Shown in pieces: positions 34,733 to 44,959 of a DNA stretch of 64,000 bases; position 1 is the first letter of the stretch; each line of letters opens with the position of its first letter. Source of the stretch: a virus. The notes under the pieces were generated by a model. It worked only from the letters and a program-made list of their open reading frames with translations, searched no databases and was not told where the DNA came from. The translations under genes and the position numbers were made by a program. Location: the IMG/VR virus record IMGVR_UViG_3300027467_000624; one strand, written 5' to 3'.

Positions 34733-34804
34733 TGGAGTGTAAGGAAATCGAATCCTTATTGCTGGAATGCAAATCCAGAGTAATAACCGTTATACGAACA
34801 CCCC
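34733..34804 (-). tRNA. tRNA-Ala(UGC), CCA not encoded
   Basis: Cloverleaf GGGGTGT/ACACTCC with G3:U70 and A73; anticodon arm CTGGA-TTTGCAT-TCCAG; TTCGATT T-loop. Confidence 0.85.
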
Positions 34805-34814
34805 GTGTTTAGAT

Positions 34815-34843
34815 ATTATAAAACCCCTCAACTGAAAAGTCAA
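34815..34843 (-). promoter_or_regulatory. Sigma70 promoter for the tRNA
   Basis: TTGACT-17-TATAAT. Confidence 0.7.
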
Positions 34844-34872
34844 GGGGTTAGAGCAACCTTCCGACTTATTTA

Positions 34873-36078
34873 TCAGTCGTGCTCACCCATTGCTTTTTGC
34901 TTACGGAGTTTCTTAGGATTCTTAGTAATTCCACCAGGACCCTCTGAAGGATAATCGTGGTCGGCACGAGTTCCTACACCGTGAGCAGAACCTGCTCTTG
35001 CTCTTTCTCTATCATCGGCAGTTAGACCCTTTCTTGGAGAACCATAAGCATCCTTTCTGTTGGCAGGATTGGTTCTCCTTTGCATTGCTTTTAAGAATGG
35101 CTTTCTCTTTGCAGTCATCTTGGTTTTTAATGCTGCACTATATGCTTTTGGAGTTTCGCCGTATGAACCTTCTGCTTCAGAAATAATTTCAGATCTCCAC
35201 TCTTCACTCATATTTGCCATAATAGCGATTGCTGCCTCTTCAGTTTCAGCATATCCTTCATCGAGCAAATATCCTTTTACAATATCGAACATATCAAATC
35301 CAGAAACAATACTTCCTGGCTTTTTGGAACCAGTTGCCTTATTTACTGGAGCAGGGGCTGCTGCTGGGGTTGGTTTTAGTGCTGCAACGGCACCACTCTT
35401 TACAATAGCATCAGCTTTTGCTTTTTGTTGATCTGGAGCATTACCAGTTTGATATCCAAATGTCTTTTGCATTAAAGGATTTGGAGTTTTTGGTTTGATT
35501 GATTCTGGACCTGCTGCCTTTGTTCCAGGAGCTGGTTTTGCTGCAGCGGTTGGTGCTGGTTTTGTTGCAGGAGCAGTTGGCGCTGGTTTTGCTGCTGCTG
35601 GTCTTGCTGCTGGGGTTGCTGCTGGTCTTGCTGCTGCTGGTCTTGCTGCTGCTGGTTTTGCTGCTGGTTTTGCTGCTGGTTTTGCTGCTGGTTTTGCTGC
35701 AGGGGGTTTTGCTGCTTGCTTTTGGAGATATTCACCAGTTGTAGAGACTCTTCTGTTTGCCTCAACACCACTCATTCCAGTTTTCATTAATTTTTGAACT
35801 TTTGCTTTACCACCACCAGCAGAAAATGCAGTCATTACAGGTGCTTGTGGTTTTGCTGCAGGTGCAGGTTTTCCACCCATCTGTGTTGATGTGGGAATTT
35901 CGCTCAAATATGCCTCATACATCTCTTCCCAAGTATACTCACTCAGGTCATAACCTTCTTCAATAAGAGAATTGACCCAGTTCTCAAATTCTTGCTGCTC
36001 TTTAATCTCTTGGCGGAGTTCCTCATCATAAACTGCTTGATATGCAAGAGCTGCCTCTCTAAAAATTTTAGAATCCAT
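34873..36078 (-). CDS. Modular Pro/Ala/Lys-rich protein, probable internal head protein
   Basis: YLLDEGYAETEEAA..IM.NMSEEWR and KNPKKLRKQ modules shared with 43482..44030; TATAAATA at 36100-36107. Confidence 0.6.
   Translation of the reverse strand: MDSKIFREAALAYQAVYDEELRQEIKEQQEFENWVNSLIEEGYDLSEYTWEEMYEAYLSEIPTSTQMGGKPAPAAKPQAPVMTAFSAGGGKAKVQKLMKTGMSGVEANRRVSTTGEYLQKQAAKPPAAKPAAKPAAKPAAKPAAARPAAARPAATPAARPAAAKPAPTAPATKPAPTAAAKPAPGTKAAGPESIKPKTPNPLMQKTFGYQTGNAPDQQKAKADAIVKSGAVAALKPTPAAAPAPVNKATGSKKPGSIVSGFDMFDIVKGYLLDEGYAETEEAAIAIMANMSEEWRSEIISEAEGSYGETPKAYSAALKTKMTAKRKPFLKAMQRRTNPANRKDAYGSPRKGLTADDRERARAGSAHGVGTRADHDYPSEGPGGITKNPKKLRKQKAMGEHD
35648..35695. repeat. 12-bp tandem repeat x4 (KPAA codons)
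   Basis: gctgctggtttt x4, in frame. Confidence 0.85.
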
Positions 36079-36106
36079 TTTTACAAATACTTTTTTAGTT
36101 ATTTAT

Positions 36107-36127
36107 AAAAAAAGACCCCGAAGGGTC
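36107..36127 (-). terminator. Intrinsic terminator
   Basis: GACCC-TTCG-GGGTC plus T-run. Confidence 0.75.
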
Positions 36128-36311
36128 AAACACCAAGAACGGCAGCAATATTATCATCCAGTTGTTGAATAACTCCACGAATATCAGAGACGCGAGGAGG
36201 AACACTTACTTCATCATAAGTATATCCTTTTTGTGCGTCAAACAAAACTTGACGAACTGCTGCTGCTGTACGAGCATCCATTTTAATTGCTACTTGTTTT
36301 TCTTTAGTCAC
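36126..36311 (-). CDS. Hypothetical protein
   Basis: ORF track; GTGA coupling to mazG. Confidence 0.65.
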   Translation of the reverse strand: MTKEKQVAIKMDARTAAAVRQVLFDAQKGYTYDEVSVPPRVSDIRGVIQQLDDNIAAVLGV

Positions 36312-36721
36312 AGGTCTCCCTCCTTACGATTTTCAGAACGATAAACATCAAATGCTCCTTCAGGATAACGAGCACTCAGTTTTTCATAGTTCATCTTAAG
36401 AATTTCTTCGAAGTTAGTATCGAGTGCCATAAATGCTTGAGACAGATACCAACAGATATCTCCAAGTTCACGCTTCAAGTGAAAGGCATTCTCTTCATTG
36501 TATGGTTTACCTTGAAGGATGATTTTTTTTACAACCTCAGTAAACTCCCCCGCTTCAGCACTCATACCAAGAGCAGCAGTAAGAAGACGCGGAACATCAG
36601 CATCATTAGTTGCTTCAAGTTCAGTCATACGAGCAAGTAGTTGAGCAAAATCACTGCTTGCTGGACTTGTAGTTTGACGAACGAATTCAATATATTTGTT
36701 TGTATCAATAACTTGAGTCAT
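36308..36721 (-). CDS. mazG: MazG nucleoside triphosphate pyrophosphohydrolase
   Basis: GMSAEAGEFTEVVKK...ELGDICWY...KLSARYP. Confidence 0.93.
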   Translation of the reverse strand: MTQVIDTNKYIEFVRQTTSPASSDFAQLLARMTELEATNDADVPRLLTAALGMSAEAGEFTEVVKKIILQGKPYNEENAFHLKRELGDICWYLSQAFMALDTNFEEILKMNYEKLSARYPEGAFDVYRSENRKEGDL

Positions 36722-36722
36722 A

Positions 36723-38099
36723 TTAGAATTTAAATCCTTCAAATGATTTTTTAGGTTTTCTTTCTTCATAATCATACTCTTCATCCTTTCCATTGTCAAG
36801 GATATCTTGTTGAGCAGATTGTTCGCAATCATAAAGACGCATTTTAGCACGGTCAATACCAATCACAAATCTTTTATGAATGGTAGGATCATTATAACGA
36901 TTCTTAAGTTGTTTTACAAGAATCTGTCCAAGACCTTCAAGTTCTTCGGTAGAAATCAACGCAAACATTAAGTCAGCAGTTGCAGGAAGACCAAAACTCT
37001 CAGAAGTATCGGTCAGTTCCACATCAGAAGAACCATAACCAGAACGAGTAGTCTGTGTAGCACTAACAATAGGAACATTAAACTCTACAGCAAGACCACG
37101 AAGTTCTTCTGCAATTGCCTTTACAAAGGTATAAGAGTTGATATTACTATTGCCCTTATACCTTGAAGATGAACAAATGTTCAGATAGTCAATGAAAATA
37201 ATATCTGGTTTAAATGATTTCTTAAGTGCAAGTTCATTTAAGAGAGACTTGAAGTGCCCAGCATGTGCAGAAGCAGTTGGATACTCTTTAATGATTAGAG
37301 TTCCTTGAGTTTTCTTTGCAAGATTCGTGACCTTGTTCTCAAACATTTGCTTGGGGAGGTCTACAATATCTTGAATAGGGACATTCAGGAGGTTTGCGTC
37401 AATTCTTTCAGCAATGCGTTCTTCTGCCATTTCCAACGTAATGTACAGAACGTTCCTCCCTTGGAGCAAGACGGAGCTAGCCACATGGCACATGAATAGA
37501 GACTTGCCGACGCCCGTACCAGCAAGAGCGATGTTAAGAGTTTTGTTAGGGAGACCACCTTTCGTGATTTTATTAAAGTATTCAAGATCAAATTCAATTT
37601 TATCCTCCTTTTTATGATAAGATTCGTAGCGTTGTTCATAATCCTGAAGATAATCGTGCCCTACATGATTATCAAAACTTACAGCAAGAGCATCAGAAAG
37701 AATAGAAGGAATACTATCACGATTCTTCTTTTCATCATTTCCATCAGCAATATGAATAGATTCCATAAGTGCCAAATAAATGGCACGATCCCGACACCAC
37801 TTTTCAGTTGTGTCAACTAACCAATTAAACTCTGTAGGAACATCTTCAAGACAGGAAATGATTTGTGCAATTTCCTTAAAAGATTGCTCATTTATATCTG
37901 TTCTTTTTTCTACTTCAATACATAGAACTTCTTTTGTTGCTGGTTGATTATATTCTTGAACAAAAGAAAGAATTTCTTCAAATACAATCTTTTGATTACT
38001 ATCTTCAAAATATTCTGATTTAATGAAAGGTATTACTTTTCTAATAAACTGCTCATTGTGTAAAAGGTTTCTAAGAATTAGAAACTCAACTTTCTCCAT
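36723..38099 (-). CDS. gp41: Replicative DNA helicase
   Basis: AGTGVGKS Walker A, LEMAE, IDYL, SATQTTR. Confidence 0.96.
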   Translation of the reverse strand: MEKVEFLILRNLLHNEQFIRKVIPFIKSEYFEDSNQKIVFEEILSFVQEYNQPATKEVLCIEVEKRTDINEQSFKEIAQIISCLEDVPTEFNWLVDTTEKWCRDRAIYLALMESIHIADGNDEKKNRDSIPSILSDALAVSFDNHVGHDYLQDYEQRYESYHKKEDKIEFDLEYFNKITKGGLPNKTLNIALAGTGVGKSLFMCHVASSVLLQGRNVLYITLEMAEERIAERIDANLLNVPIQDIVDLPKQMFENKVTNLAKKTQGTLIIKEYPTASAHAGHFKSLLNELALKKSFKPDIIFIDYLNICSSSRYKGNSNINSYTFVKAIAEELRGLAVEFNVPIVSATQTTRSGYGSSDVELTDTSESFGLPATADLMFALISTEELEGLGQILVKQLKNRYNDPTIHKRFVIGIDRAKMRLYDCEQSAQQDILDNGKDEEYDYEERKPKKSFEGFKF

Positions 38100-39093
38100 A
38101 ACTGAATTCCTTGCGTGCGATTTCGTCCAACTGTTGCATTACTTCTTCGGTGAAATATACTTCAGGTTCTTTTAGAATCTGTTTAGCATAAATTTTCTTA
38201 CCATCAATCTCATAGCGACCCGCTACATTCTTCCAGAGTCCACCAATCTCACCAAGTTCCAAAAGACCATAGTAACGATCAAGACCGCGCTCATCATAAT
38301 ACAGACGGACTTCAACATCTTTGTTCTCCTTACTCAAACGCGACTTAGCAGTCTTAGCTTTGATAATATTGCCGACCACTTCTGTTCCATCCTTTTCTTT
38401 CTTTTTGCTGAGATAAATGATTGAAGACGCTGCGTATTTGAGTCCGCTGCCTCCACCCATTTCTTTAGTTGGTACGTAAGCTCCGATAACATCATAAGTG
38501 TGATTTGTTACTATCATTGGAATTTTTGCTTGACCTAGTTTTAAGGTAAGCATACGAAATGCACCTTTGATTAGTTGTGATTTAGTCATATCACGAACTT
38601 CTTTATCATTCAATGCATCATTAATCTCTTTGCTGGTAGAAAGCATTCCCAAAGAGTCTAGCACAAACATGCAAGGATTGCGCTCTCCTTCAGGTTTTTT
38701 CATGTACATATCTACTGCTTTGAGTGCCGTTCCACGAAACTCTTCAACAGTGACAACATTAACAACCACAAGACGAGAAGTATCAATTCCACGGGATTCT
38801 AGAAGAGATTTAGTTATAGCAGCTTCAGTATCAAAGTAGAGGCAATAACCATCGGGATTATTATCCAAAAAATTCTTAACAACGGCGAGACTGAAGAAAG
38901 TCTTTCCAGTAGAAGACTCTCCAGCAATAGCAGTAATCTTATTGCCAGATACACCACCAAATATGCTACCTGAAACCAGTGCATTAAAAATGTACGAACC
39001 TGTGTCAACATACTTTTCAGTTTCATCAATATCCGAAGCAAGTTGTGTGTACTCACCACCGATTTCTTTTACAATGTCTTTAAGAAAATCCAT
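38086..39093 (-). CDS. uvsX: RecA-like recombinase
   Basis: [26 protein letters not shown]. Confidence 0.95.
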   Translation of the reverse strand: MDFLKDIVKEIGGEYTQLASDIDETEKYVDTGSYIFNALVSGSIFGGVSGNKITAIAGESSTGKTFFSLAVVKNFLDNNPDGYCLYFDTEAAITKSLLESRGIDTSRLVVVNVVTVEEFRGTALKAVDMYMKKPEGERNPCMFVLDSLGMLSTSKEINDALNDKEVRDMTKSQLIKGAFRMLTLKLGQAKIPMIVTNHTYDVIGAYVPTKEMGGGSGLKYAASSIIYLSKKKEKDGTEVVGNIIKAKTAKSRLSKENKDVEVRLYYDERGLDRYYGLLELGEIGGLWKNVAGRYEIDGKKIYAKQILKEPEVYFTEEVMQQLDEIARKEFSYGES

Positions 39094-41588
39094 TAGGCAA
39101 AAAATAATTCAAGGTTTACTGTTTTTTCAACGCTCCACCCAATTGCATCAAGAATGATTTTGAGTGGCTCTAGAAATGCTTTCTCAAATTGTAGTTCATA
39201 GTCTATGTATTTGTCAAGATTAAGTTCCTTTGGAAATTCCTGAATGAAAGAAATAATATTTTCATGAATACTATTAGGTTTCTTCAGATAGATAAACTTA
39301 ATTTTTTCCCCATTTTGGATAAGTGAATACTTATTTGTAAGTTTATTTTGTTTAATGTAATGATTAAAGAGAAGTGCTCCACGAATATGAATTGGAGTTC
39401 CCTTGATATAAATTTGAGACGAAGACTGATACTTAACTACATCAGAGGCAGAGCGAGGGAATGAAATTTGCTCTGGTGGGAGGTTTTTAAATTCTTTGCG
39501 AGCATTCTCAATAAAATCAATTACTTCATCTTCTGTTCCACTCATCATAAGTTTTAATGCATCCTTAATCATTTTGCGACAAGGAGCTGGAGTAGAAGAT
39601 TTAACAGCTTCAATACCCATCATTTTCAGTTTAGGTTCTTCATAGCGAACACCCTCACTATCCCAAACGTTAAGAATGTATCGTTTCTTAGCGGTCCAAA
39701 TTCCACGGTCTGCAATGTTCTCCCGCTTCATTTGCATTTTTTGATCATATGCATTTACATAGTCCGCCAGTTCTTGGTAAGAACTTTCAATATATTTTTC
39801 AAGTTCCAACGAAGCGACCTTATCAAGGAACGAAACAACGCTTTCAGTAGTTTTCTCTCTTCCTTTGAATACAGTTTCAACCAAAGGACCCATATTAAGA
39901 TAAATGGAATCAGTATCTGAAGCAATAACATAATCTACATTATCTGTTTTAAGAATTTTATTGAGGTAAGAATTCATTTTACCTTCAATCCAACGAATAG
40001 AAACCTGACCACTTAAAGTAATTGCTTCAGCATTTTCAAGTTTGTAATAACGGAAATACTGATTACCAATCGCACCATAAGCAGAGTTCAAAGAAATCTT
40101 CTTTGCCATCTGAATATTATTACAACGAGCAATCTCTTTTACAAGTTCCTTGTTCTTAGTCTTCTCATATTCTTTTTTCGCTTCAATCATTTTCTTCTTG
40201 AAGATTACTCGGTCTTGATACATTTTTTCCATTAGTTCAGGAAGAAATCCACGAACGTCTTTGCGGAACATTGCACCATTTGCACATACTGCATAATCTT
40301 TATAGAGTTCAAAACTGATTTCTTGATTCAGAATTTTATCAACAGTTGCTGTGGGATGCCTTTCATCCACCAGAGTTTCTGGTGAGATGTTATATTGCAT
40401 AATCAAGTGTGGATAAAGTGAATTAAGGTCAAAGTTTACAACCCAATCATACTTTCCAGGAATTGGTTCTTTTACATAAGCACCAGCATACTTTTCATTT
40501 TTTTGCGTTTTATTTCTTGGCGGAATTACAATGTTTCTTTTCTTAAGATAATTGTAGATGATGTTGTCCCACATCCGAACTTGATAGAACACATCGGCAT
40601 AATTTACTTTGGCATCATATGCCATCGTAAGTGCCAACTCAATCAGTTTCATCTTATCTTCTAAACGGTCAACAAGTTCTACGTCAACGATGTTGTACTC
40701 AATAAATTTCTGCCAACCTTGGGTATAGAAATCTTTGAAGGTATCAAACTCAGAGTGGTCAAGTTTCTTCTGACCAAGTTCTACCTCAGCAATATAATCA
40801 AGACGATATGATTCCTGTGCCTTATAAGTAAACTTCTTATAAAGATCAAGATAGTCAAGTTGAGTCATTCCACCCACATCAAATGTGGTGTGTTTGCGTC
40901 CATTAATAAACACTTCACCTTCTGTGACAAGTCCCCAATTAGAAAAACGTTTCATCAGTTTTTCGCCAAGAACACGATTCAGACGCTTGCAGATATAAGG
41001 AATATCATATAATTGAATATTCCAACCAGTCACAACATCTGGAACATCAATCATCCAATAATTAATAAAATTATTGAGAAGTTCATATTCAGATGGGCAG
41101 TGATGATACGTTAAGTCACTACGATTATGCTTGAAAGGTCGAACCCCCCAAGTAATAATTTTTTTAGTTGTATAATCTTGAATTGTAATTGCAAGGATTT
41201 CTTCGGAACAAGATTCTACATCAGGGAATCCCTGCTCCGAAGCAACCTCAATGTCCAGAGTTACAAGTTTAATTTTATTGATATCAAACTTAATTTCATC
41301 CTCCGAATATTTTTCAGAGATGTATTGATAGATATATCGATCATTTCCATAGATCTCAAATCCATCAACTTCATCATATTTTTTATAGAACTCTCGACAG
41401 TCCTTTACTGTTCCAGGATTAATTGGTTCTACCGATTCTCCACTTAATGTTCTATACTTAGAATCTTTTTTAGTTTTTACAAAGAGAGTTGGAAAGAACT
41501 CATCTCTTGTCTCAAATCTTTTACCATTTTCTACTCCACGAACCAAAAACTGATTTCCAATCAATTGAACATTAGTGTAAAATCTCAT
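39093..41588 (-). CDS. gp43: Family B DNA polymerase
   Basis: DIEV exonuclease, [22 protein letters not shown]. Confidence 0.97.
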   Translation of the reverse strand: MRFYTNVQLIGNQFLVRGVENGKRFETRDEFFPTLFVKTKKDSKYRTLSGESVEPINPGTVKDCREFYKKYDEVDGFEIYGNDRYIYQYISEKYSEDEIKFDINKIKLVTLDIEVASEQGFPDVESCSEEILAITIQDYTTKKIITWGVRPFKHNRSDLTYHHCPSEYELLNNFINYWMIDVPDVVTGWNIQLYDIPYICKRLNRVLGEKLMKRFSNWGLVTEGEVFINGRKHTTFDVGGMTQLDYLDLYKKFTYKAQESYRLDYIAEVELGQKKLDHSEFDTFKDFYTQGWQKFIEYNIVDVELVDRLEDKMKLIELALTMAYDAKVNYADVFYQVRMWDNIIYNYLKKRNIVIPPRNKTQKNEKYAGAYVKEPIPGKYDWVVNFDLNSLYPHLIMQYNISPETLVDERHPTATVDKILNQEISFELYKDYAVCANGAMFRKDVRGFLPELMEKMYQDRVIFKKKMIEAKKEYEKTKNKELVKEIARCNNIQMAKKISLNSAYGAIGNQYFRYYKLENAEAITLSGQVSIRWIEGKMNSYLNKILKTDNVDYVIASDTDSIYLNMGPLVETVFKGREKTTESVVSFLDKVASLELEKYIESSYQELADYVNAYDQKMQMKRENIADRGIWTAKKRYILNVWDSEGVRYEEPKLKMMGIEAVKSSTPAPCRKMIKDALKLMMSGTEDEVIDFIENARKEFKNLPPEQISFPRSASDVVKYQSSSQIYIKGTPIHIRGALLFNHYIKQNKLTNKYSLIQNGEKIKFIYLKKPNSIHENIISFIQEFPKELNLDKYIDYELQFEKAFLEPLKIILDAIGWSVEKTVNLELFFA

Positions 41589-41851
41589 TCTTTAATCAAG
41601 TCCTCATATTTTTCAAGTAGAGTTGGAGTTGGATCAACAAGTGTTAGAATCTTATCCGAACTCATCATAAACGAATCTTGTTTTGTATATCCCATCAAAA
41701 AAGGTTCTAAAACTTTCTGAGAACCATCTCTTATTAAGAAAGGTTTGATAAGTTTACAATCAGGTTCTCCAATATCAGCGCCTACTTCTTCAATCTGACT
41801 TATCAGAATTTGATTGTTCAGTAGAACTATTACTTTGGTTATCGTTTCCAT
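41585..41851 (-). CDS. Conserved hypothetical protein
   Basis: ORF track; resembles neighbouring ORF (LLN..LI...E..KP). Confidence 0.65.
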   Translation of the reverse strand: METITKVIVLLNNQILISQIEEVGADIGEPDCKLIKPFLIRDGSQKVLEPFLMGYTKQDSFMMSSDKILTLVDPTPTLLEKYEDLIKE

Positions 41852-42185
41852 AGTTTATAACATCGTTTAAATACATATCTTTCAGTTTATCACTTGGATT
41901 GACCATAGTGACCACCCATTCCTTTGTTAAAGGAATAACACTATCTTTAGATAGTGGCATCCACGGGAATAAGGTAACTCTAAAAGAAGCTTTTGAAGGG
42001 TCTTCTTTCATTTCCTCTTCATCAAACTTTTCTGGAACATTTGATGGGGGTGTCATTTTAACAACGCATGGTTTATTCAAGAAATATCCAACCATAACTG
42101 GATTTTCTTCGTCACCAACTACCATTTCTTTTACATCTGCAATCAAGTCTTCACCAGACTTAAGCAACATTAGTCTTACAGTCAT
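41790..42185 (-). CDS. Conserved hypothetical protein (Sm-like pattern)
   Basis: LKSGEDLIA...PWMPLS. Confidence 0.7.
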   Translation of the reverse strand: MTVRLMLLKSGEDLIADVKEMVVGDEENPVMVGYFLNKPCVVKMTPPSNVPEKFDEEEMKEDPSKASFRVTLFPWMPLSKDSVIPLTKEWVVTMVNPSDKLKDMYLNDVINYGNDNQSNSSTEQSNSDKSD

Positions 42186-42206
42186 TTTTACTCCATACCT
42201 CTTACT

Positions 42207-42235
42207 ATTGTAGCAACAAAAAAAGGAGGAGTCAA
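42207..42235 (-). promoter_or_regulatory. Sigma70-type promoter for the polymerase operon, overlapping a terminator
   Basis: TTGACT-17-TACAAT. Confidence 0.6.
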
Positions 42236-42276
42236 CCTGGATTTTGCCAGGTGCTCCTCGCGCCGACGATATTCAA
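42217..42276 (-). ncRNA. Candidate late small RNA or terminator unit
   Basis: ATAAATA at 42280-42286, ORF-less leader, GAGGAG..ACCTGG-CAAAAT-CCAGGT..CTCCTC stem plus T-run. Confidence 0.35.
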
Positions 42277-42282
42277 TACTAT

Positions 42283-42444
42283 TTATTCCCCACCGTCACC
42301 ATCTCCATTACCACCAGCACTTGAACGACTTCTTACAGGAACTGCTTTTCCTTTTGGAACTTGCTTTTGTTTTCCTTGAGAATAAACAGTATGTGGGATT
42401 GCTCCCTTATATGCAATTGTTTTGAACTCGTCAAAAGATTTCAT
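42283..42444 (-). CDS. Small protein with CTS-like start (53 aa)
   Basis: MKSFDEFKTIAYKGAIPH...GGNGDGDGGE. Confidence 0.55.
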   Translation of the reverse strand: MKSFDEFKTIAYKGAIPHTVYSQGKQKQVPKGKAVPVRSRSSAGGNGDGDGGE

Positions 42445-42458
42445 TTTTTTATTTTTAT

Positions 42459-42893
42459 TTAGAGATAATCCTTTCGTGCATGGTGCTCAGGAACAATCTT
42501 ACCAAGAACAACGGTTAGCAATCCATCCTCGAATAGAACTTCTTTAATGGTTGTATCATCTGATAATGTCCATGCTCTCTTGAAAGATCGTTGAGCCAAT
42601 CCCTTATGGATGTAGTTGGTATCGGACTCCCTATCTTCCTTCTGTCCTTCGACAAAAAGTTTTCCATACTCCGTGTATACATGTACTTCCTCCTTCTTAA
42701 ATCCGGCAAGTGCAAGTTCGAGTCGTGATTCTACATTACTAACTTGAACAAGGTTATATGGGGGGTAATTAGAAGTTGTTTCATGAAGATTAAATAGACG
42801 ATCAAAATATTCATCCATTCCAATACTATTGCGGTTAATCCTTTCCAATAGGGCAGGAAGATCCGACGCGGTATATCGCATGAGGTTAGTCAT
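42459..42893 (-). CDS. hsp20: Small heat-shock protein
   Basis: NYPPYNL, ALAGF, HKGLAQRSF, DGLL; AAGGAG Shine-Dalgarno. Confidence 0.95.
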   Translation of the reverse strand: MTNLMRYTASDLPALLERINRNSIGMDEYFDRLFNLHETTSNYPPYNLVQVSNVESRLELALAGFKKEEVHVYTEYGKLFVEGQKEDRESDTNYIHKGLAQRSFKRAWTLSDDTTIKEVLFEDGLLTVVLGKIVPEHHARKDYL

Positions 42894-42977
42894 TATAGTA
42901 GCTCCTTTGAAAGCGAGGTTTGATTTTGTGATCCCAATAAGGCGATCATTAATAATTTATAACAGTTTTTATTATTT

Positions 42978-43385
42978 TTAAAGTGTGGTTTCTACTACAT
43001 TATTCTTAACTGGTCTTCCAAATGTTCCAGGAGGAAACTTCATACCTTTGTTCCAAGCAGGTTTCCCCTTCATAGACATACCGGTTTTCTGTCTTGACGC
43101 TTTATCTCTTTTTGATCCAGAAGTACCTTCACCACCATCGGTTTTATTAACCAATACACCACCACTATCTTTTTTACCCCAAAACTTTATGAGTGCTATT
43201 TCCAAAGATAATGCTTCTTGTTCTGTTAAGTTTTCTTTTATTCTTACTATTCTATCTCTATCAGGAGGTCGTTGAGCTAATCCTAACTTTCTTTTATTTG
43301 TGTCTCTAAATCCAGAACCTTTCCCAATGTAGTAAGGAGAATATCTATCTTCACGCAAATAAGCGTAAACGTAATACCTTTCCAT
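42978..43385 (-). CDS. Free-standing GIY-YIG homing endonuclease (short)
   Basis: YYVYAY...YYIGKG, R, LEIALI, VNKTDGGEG, PAWNKG. Confidence 0.8.
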   Translation of the reverse strand: MERYYVYAYLREDRYSPYYIGKGSGFRDTNKRKLGLAQRPPDRDRIVRIKENLTEQEALSLEIALIKFWGKKDSGGVLVNKTDGGEGTSGSKRDKASRQKTGMSMKGKPAWNKGMKFPPGTFGRPVKNNVVETTL

Positions 43386-43390
43386 CTGCT

Positions 43391-43468
43391 TTGTTTGTGG
43401 TTATAGTTATTTATAAAAGAAAAGGAGCATTTCTGCCCCCAATCCTTTGCTTGAATAACCACAAACAA
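43391..43468 (-). promoter_or_regulatory. Late promoter flanked by a 14-bp RBS-sequestering inverted repeat
   Basis: TTGTTTGTGGTTAT (43391-43404) / ATAACCACAAACAA (43455-43468); TATAAATA 43408-43415. Confidence 0.7.
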
Positions 43469-43481
43469 GCACTAATATTTA

Positions 43482-44030
43482 TCAACCAATAATACTCTCT
43501 CTCCACTCTTCGCTCATATTCACCATAATTGCTTCTGCTGCTTCTGGTGTTTCAGCATATCCTTCATCAAGTAAGTGTGAGAGGATAATATCGTAAAGGT
43601 CAAAGTTTTCTCCAATCTCACCCATCGCTTGTTGCTTACGAAGTTTCTTAGGATTTTTGGTTACTGTTCCAGAACCTTCTGTATGTTTTTTATATTTTGG
43701 ATCATAAGGAGAAAGTCGTCTAGATCTTGTTGCTGCTGCTTCTCTGTTTCTGTCTCTATCCGATTGAGTCATTCCAGTTCTCATATGCCCACCAGCACCA
43801 AAAGTACCTCCCCCCTTATGTCCAAGAGATTGATGTCGTTTTATAGTTTCTGGTTCTTCTTCTCTTGATCGTGCTTTATTTTTAAGTTTCCTATACATCT
43901 CCTGTCTTTCGGGAGTTTGTCCCTTTTTTTGCCTTTCAAGTTTTGCTGCTCTATCAGCAACATCTCCTGAGGCACCCTCAACAACTTCCATATATGCTTC
44001 TTGAAGACTACGAAATTCTTGCGCGTCCAT
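43482..44030 (-). CDS. Modular protein, probable internal head protein
   Basis: Shares two modules with 34873..36078; TATAAATA at 44051-44058. Confidence 0.6.
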   Translation of the reverse strand: MDAQEFRSLQEAYMEVVEGASGDVADRAAKLERQKKGQTPERQEMYRKLKNKARSREEEPETIKRHQSLGHKGGGTFGAGGHMRTGMTQSDRDRNREAAATRSRRLSPYDPKYKKHTEGSGTVTKNPKKLRKQQAMGEIGENFDLYDIILSHLLDEGYAETPEAAEAIMVNMSEEWRESIIG

Positions 44031-44072
44031 TTTTAATAATACTTTTTAGGTATTTATAAAATACAAGAAACG

Positions 44073-44150
44073 AAAAAAAGAGGTATCGGCAAAACCGAAC
44101 CTCTTTTTAGGGTGTTCCGACTTTTGTAGAGTGCCGCACGAATGGCACAC
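44073..44150 (-). ncRNA. Candidate late small RNA downstream of regA
   Basis: ATAAATA (44154-44160), GTGCC/GGCAC hairpin, single-stranded linker, bulged terminator stem plus T7; no ORF. Confidence 0.35.
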
Positions 44151-44156
44151 TACTAT

Positions 44157-44594
44157 TTATTCGGTTTCTACTGCTTTTCCTTTCTTACCAATATTATACT
44201 TCTGTTCTAAAATCCAATCTCCCTTATCCTTATAAGCAAGGACTTTGATTTGATTCAGGGGAGCAATATCATTTACAGAATCTGGTTTAATAACTGTAAT
44301 TAGACCCCAATCAGCAAGAAGACGGACGATTCTATTTCTTCTCTGCACATCATTAACAGTAAGATTGGCATGTTTACCATCAAGAGCAAATAATTCTTTA
44401 AAGTGAACAATATAATACCTACCTTGCTTATGTAAAATATGGCAAGACTGATAGAGTTTTTTCTCCTTACGTGAAGCAACTCCGATACGGGTCAGGGTTT
44501 CACGAACTTTAAGGAAGTCGTCAGGTTCATTAAGAATTACTTCTACCATTTGGTCCTGAGACCATTCAACAGTAGGTTCTACCGTAGTAGTCAT
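44157..44594 (-). CDS. regA: Translational repressor RegA
   Basis: DDFLKVRETLTRIG, SCHILHKQGRYYIVHFKEL. Confidence 0.96.
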   Translation of the reverse strand: MTTTVEPTVEWSQDQMVEVILNEPDDFLKVRETLTRIGVASRKEKKLYQSCHILHKQGRYYIVHFKELFALDGKHANLTVNDVQRRNRIVRLLADWGLITVIKPDSVNDIAPLNQIKVLAYKDKGDWILEQKYNIGKKGKAVETE

Positions 44595-44959
44595 TTTTTT
44601 CCTCCAATATCAAGTCGTTTTTTGATGAAAGTTAGTTGTTCTTTTGTCAGGATTTTCAGTGCTTGAGATGCTTTTTCATTACTATAACCATAGTATTGTT
44701 TAACACATTCTAAGTCTGTAACCTTATCCTTTCGGAGCCAGGGAGAAAATCTCTTCTTTTTCCTCAAACTATTTAGATAAAACGAATATTGCATATCCTT
44801 GGAAAGATGATGATGCATATTCATTTCATTAGAAAAAAGAACACAATCAATGTGACCAGATAAACACCTATTAATAATAAAAGGTGGATATGAACTAATA
44901 TCTTCGGATAAATCTTCTTTTGTAAAATTAATTGAGTTGAGCCAATCTTTGAGTTCCAT
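44591..44959 (-). CDS. gp62: Clamp loader small subunit
   Basis: YPPFIINRCLS, QYYGYSNEKA. Confidence 0.9.
   Translation of the reverse strand: MELKDWLNSINFTKEDLSEDISSYPPFIINRCLSGHIDCVLFSNEMNMHHHLSKDMQYSFYLNSLRKKKRFSPWLRKDKVTDLECVKQYYGYSNEKASQALKILTKEQLTFIKKRLDIGGKK

Noticed and set aside
35580-35720. Short tandem repeats that might look like a CRISPR or DGR array
   Set aside because: In-frame 12-15 nt units encoding a Pro/Ala/Lys linker; no spacers, cas or reverse transcriptase genes in the window
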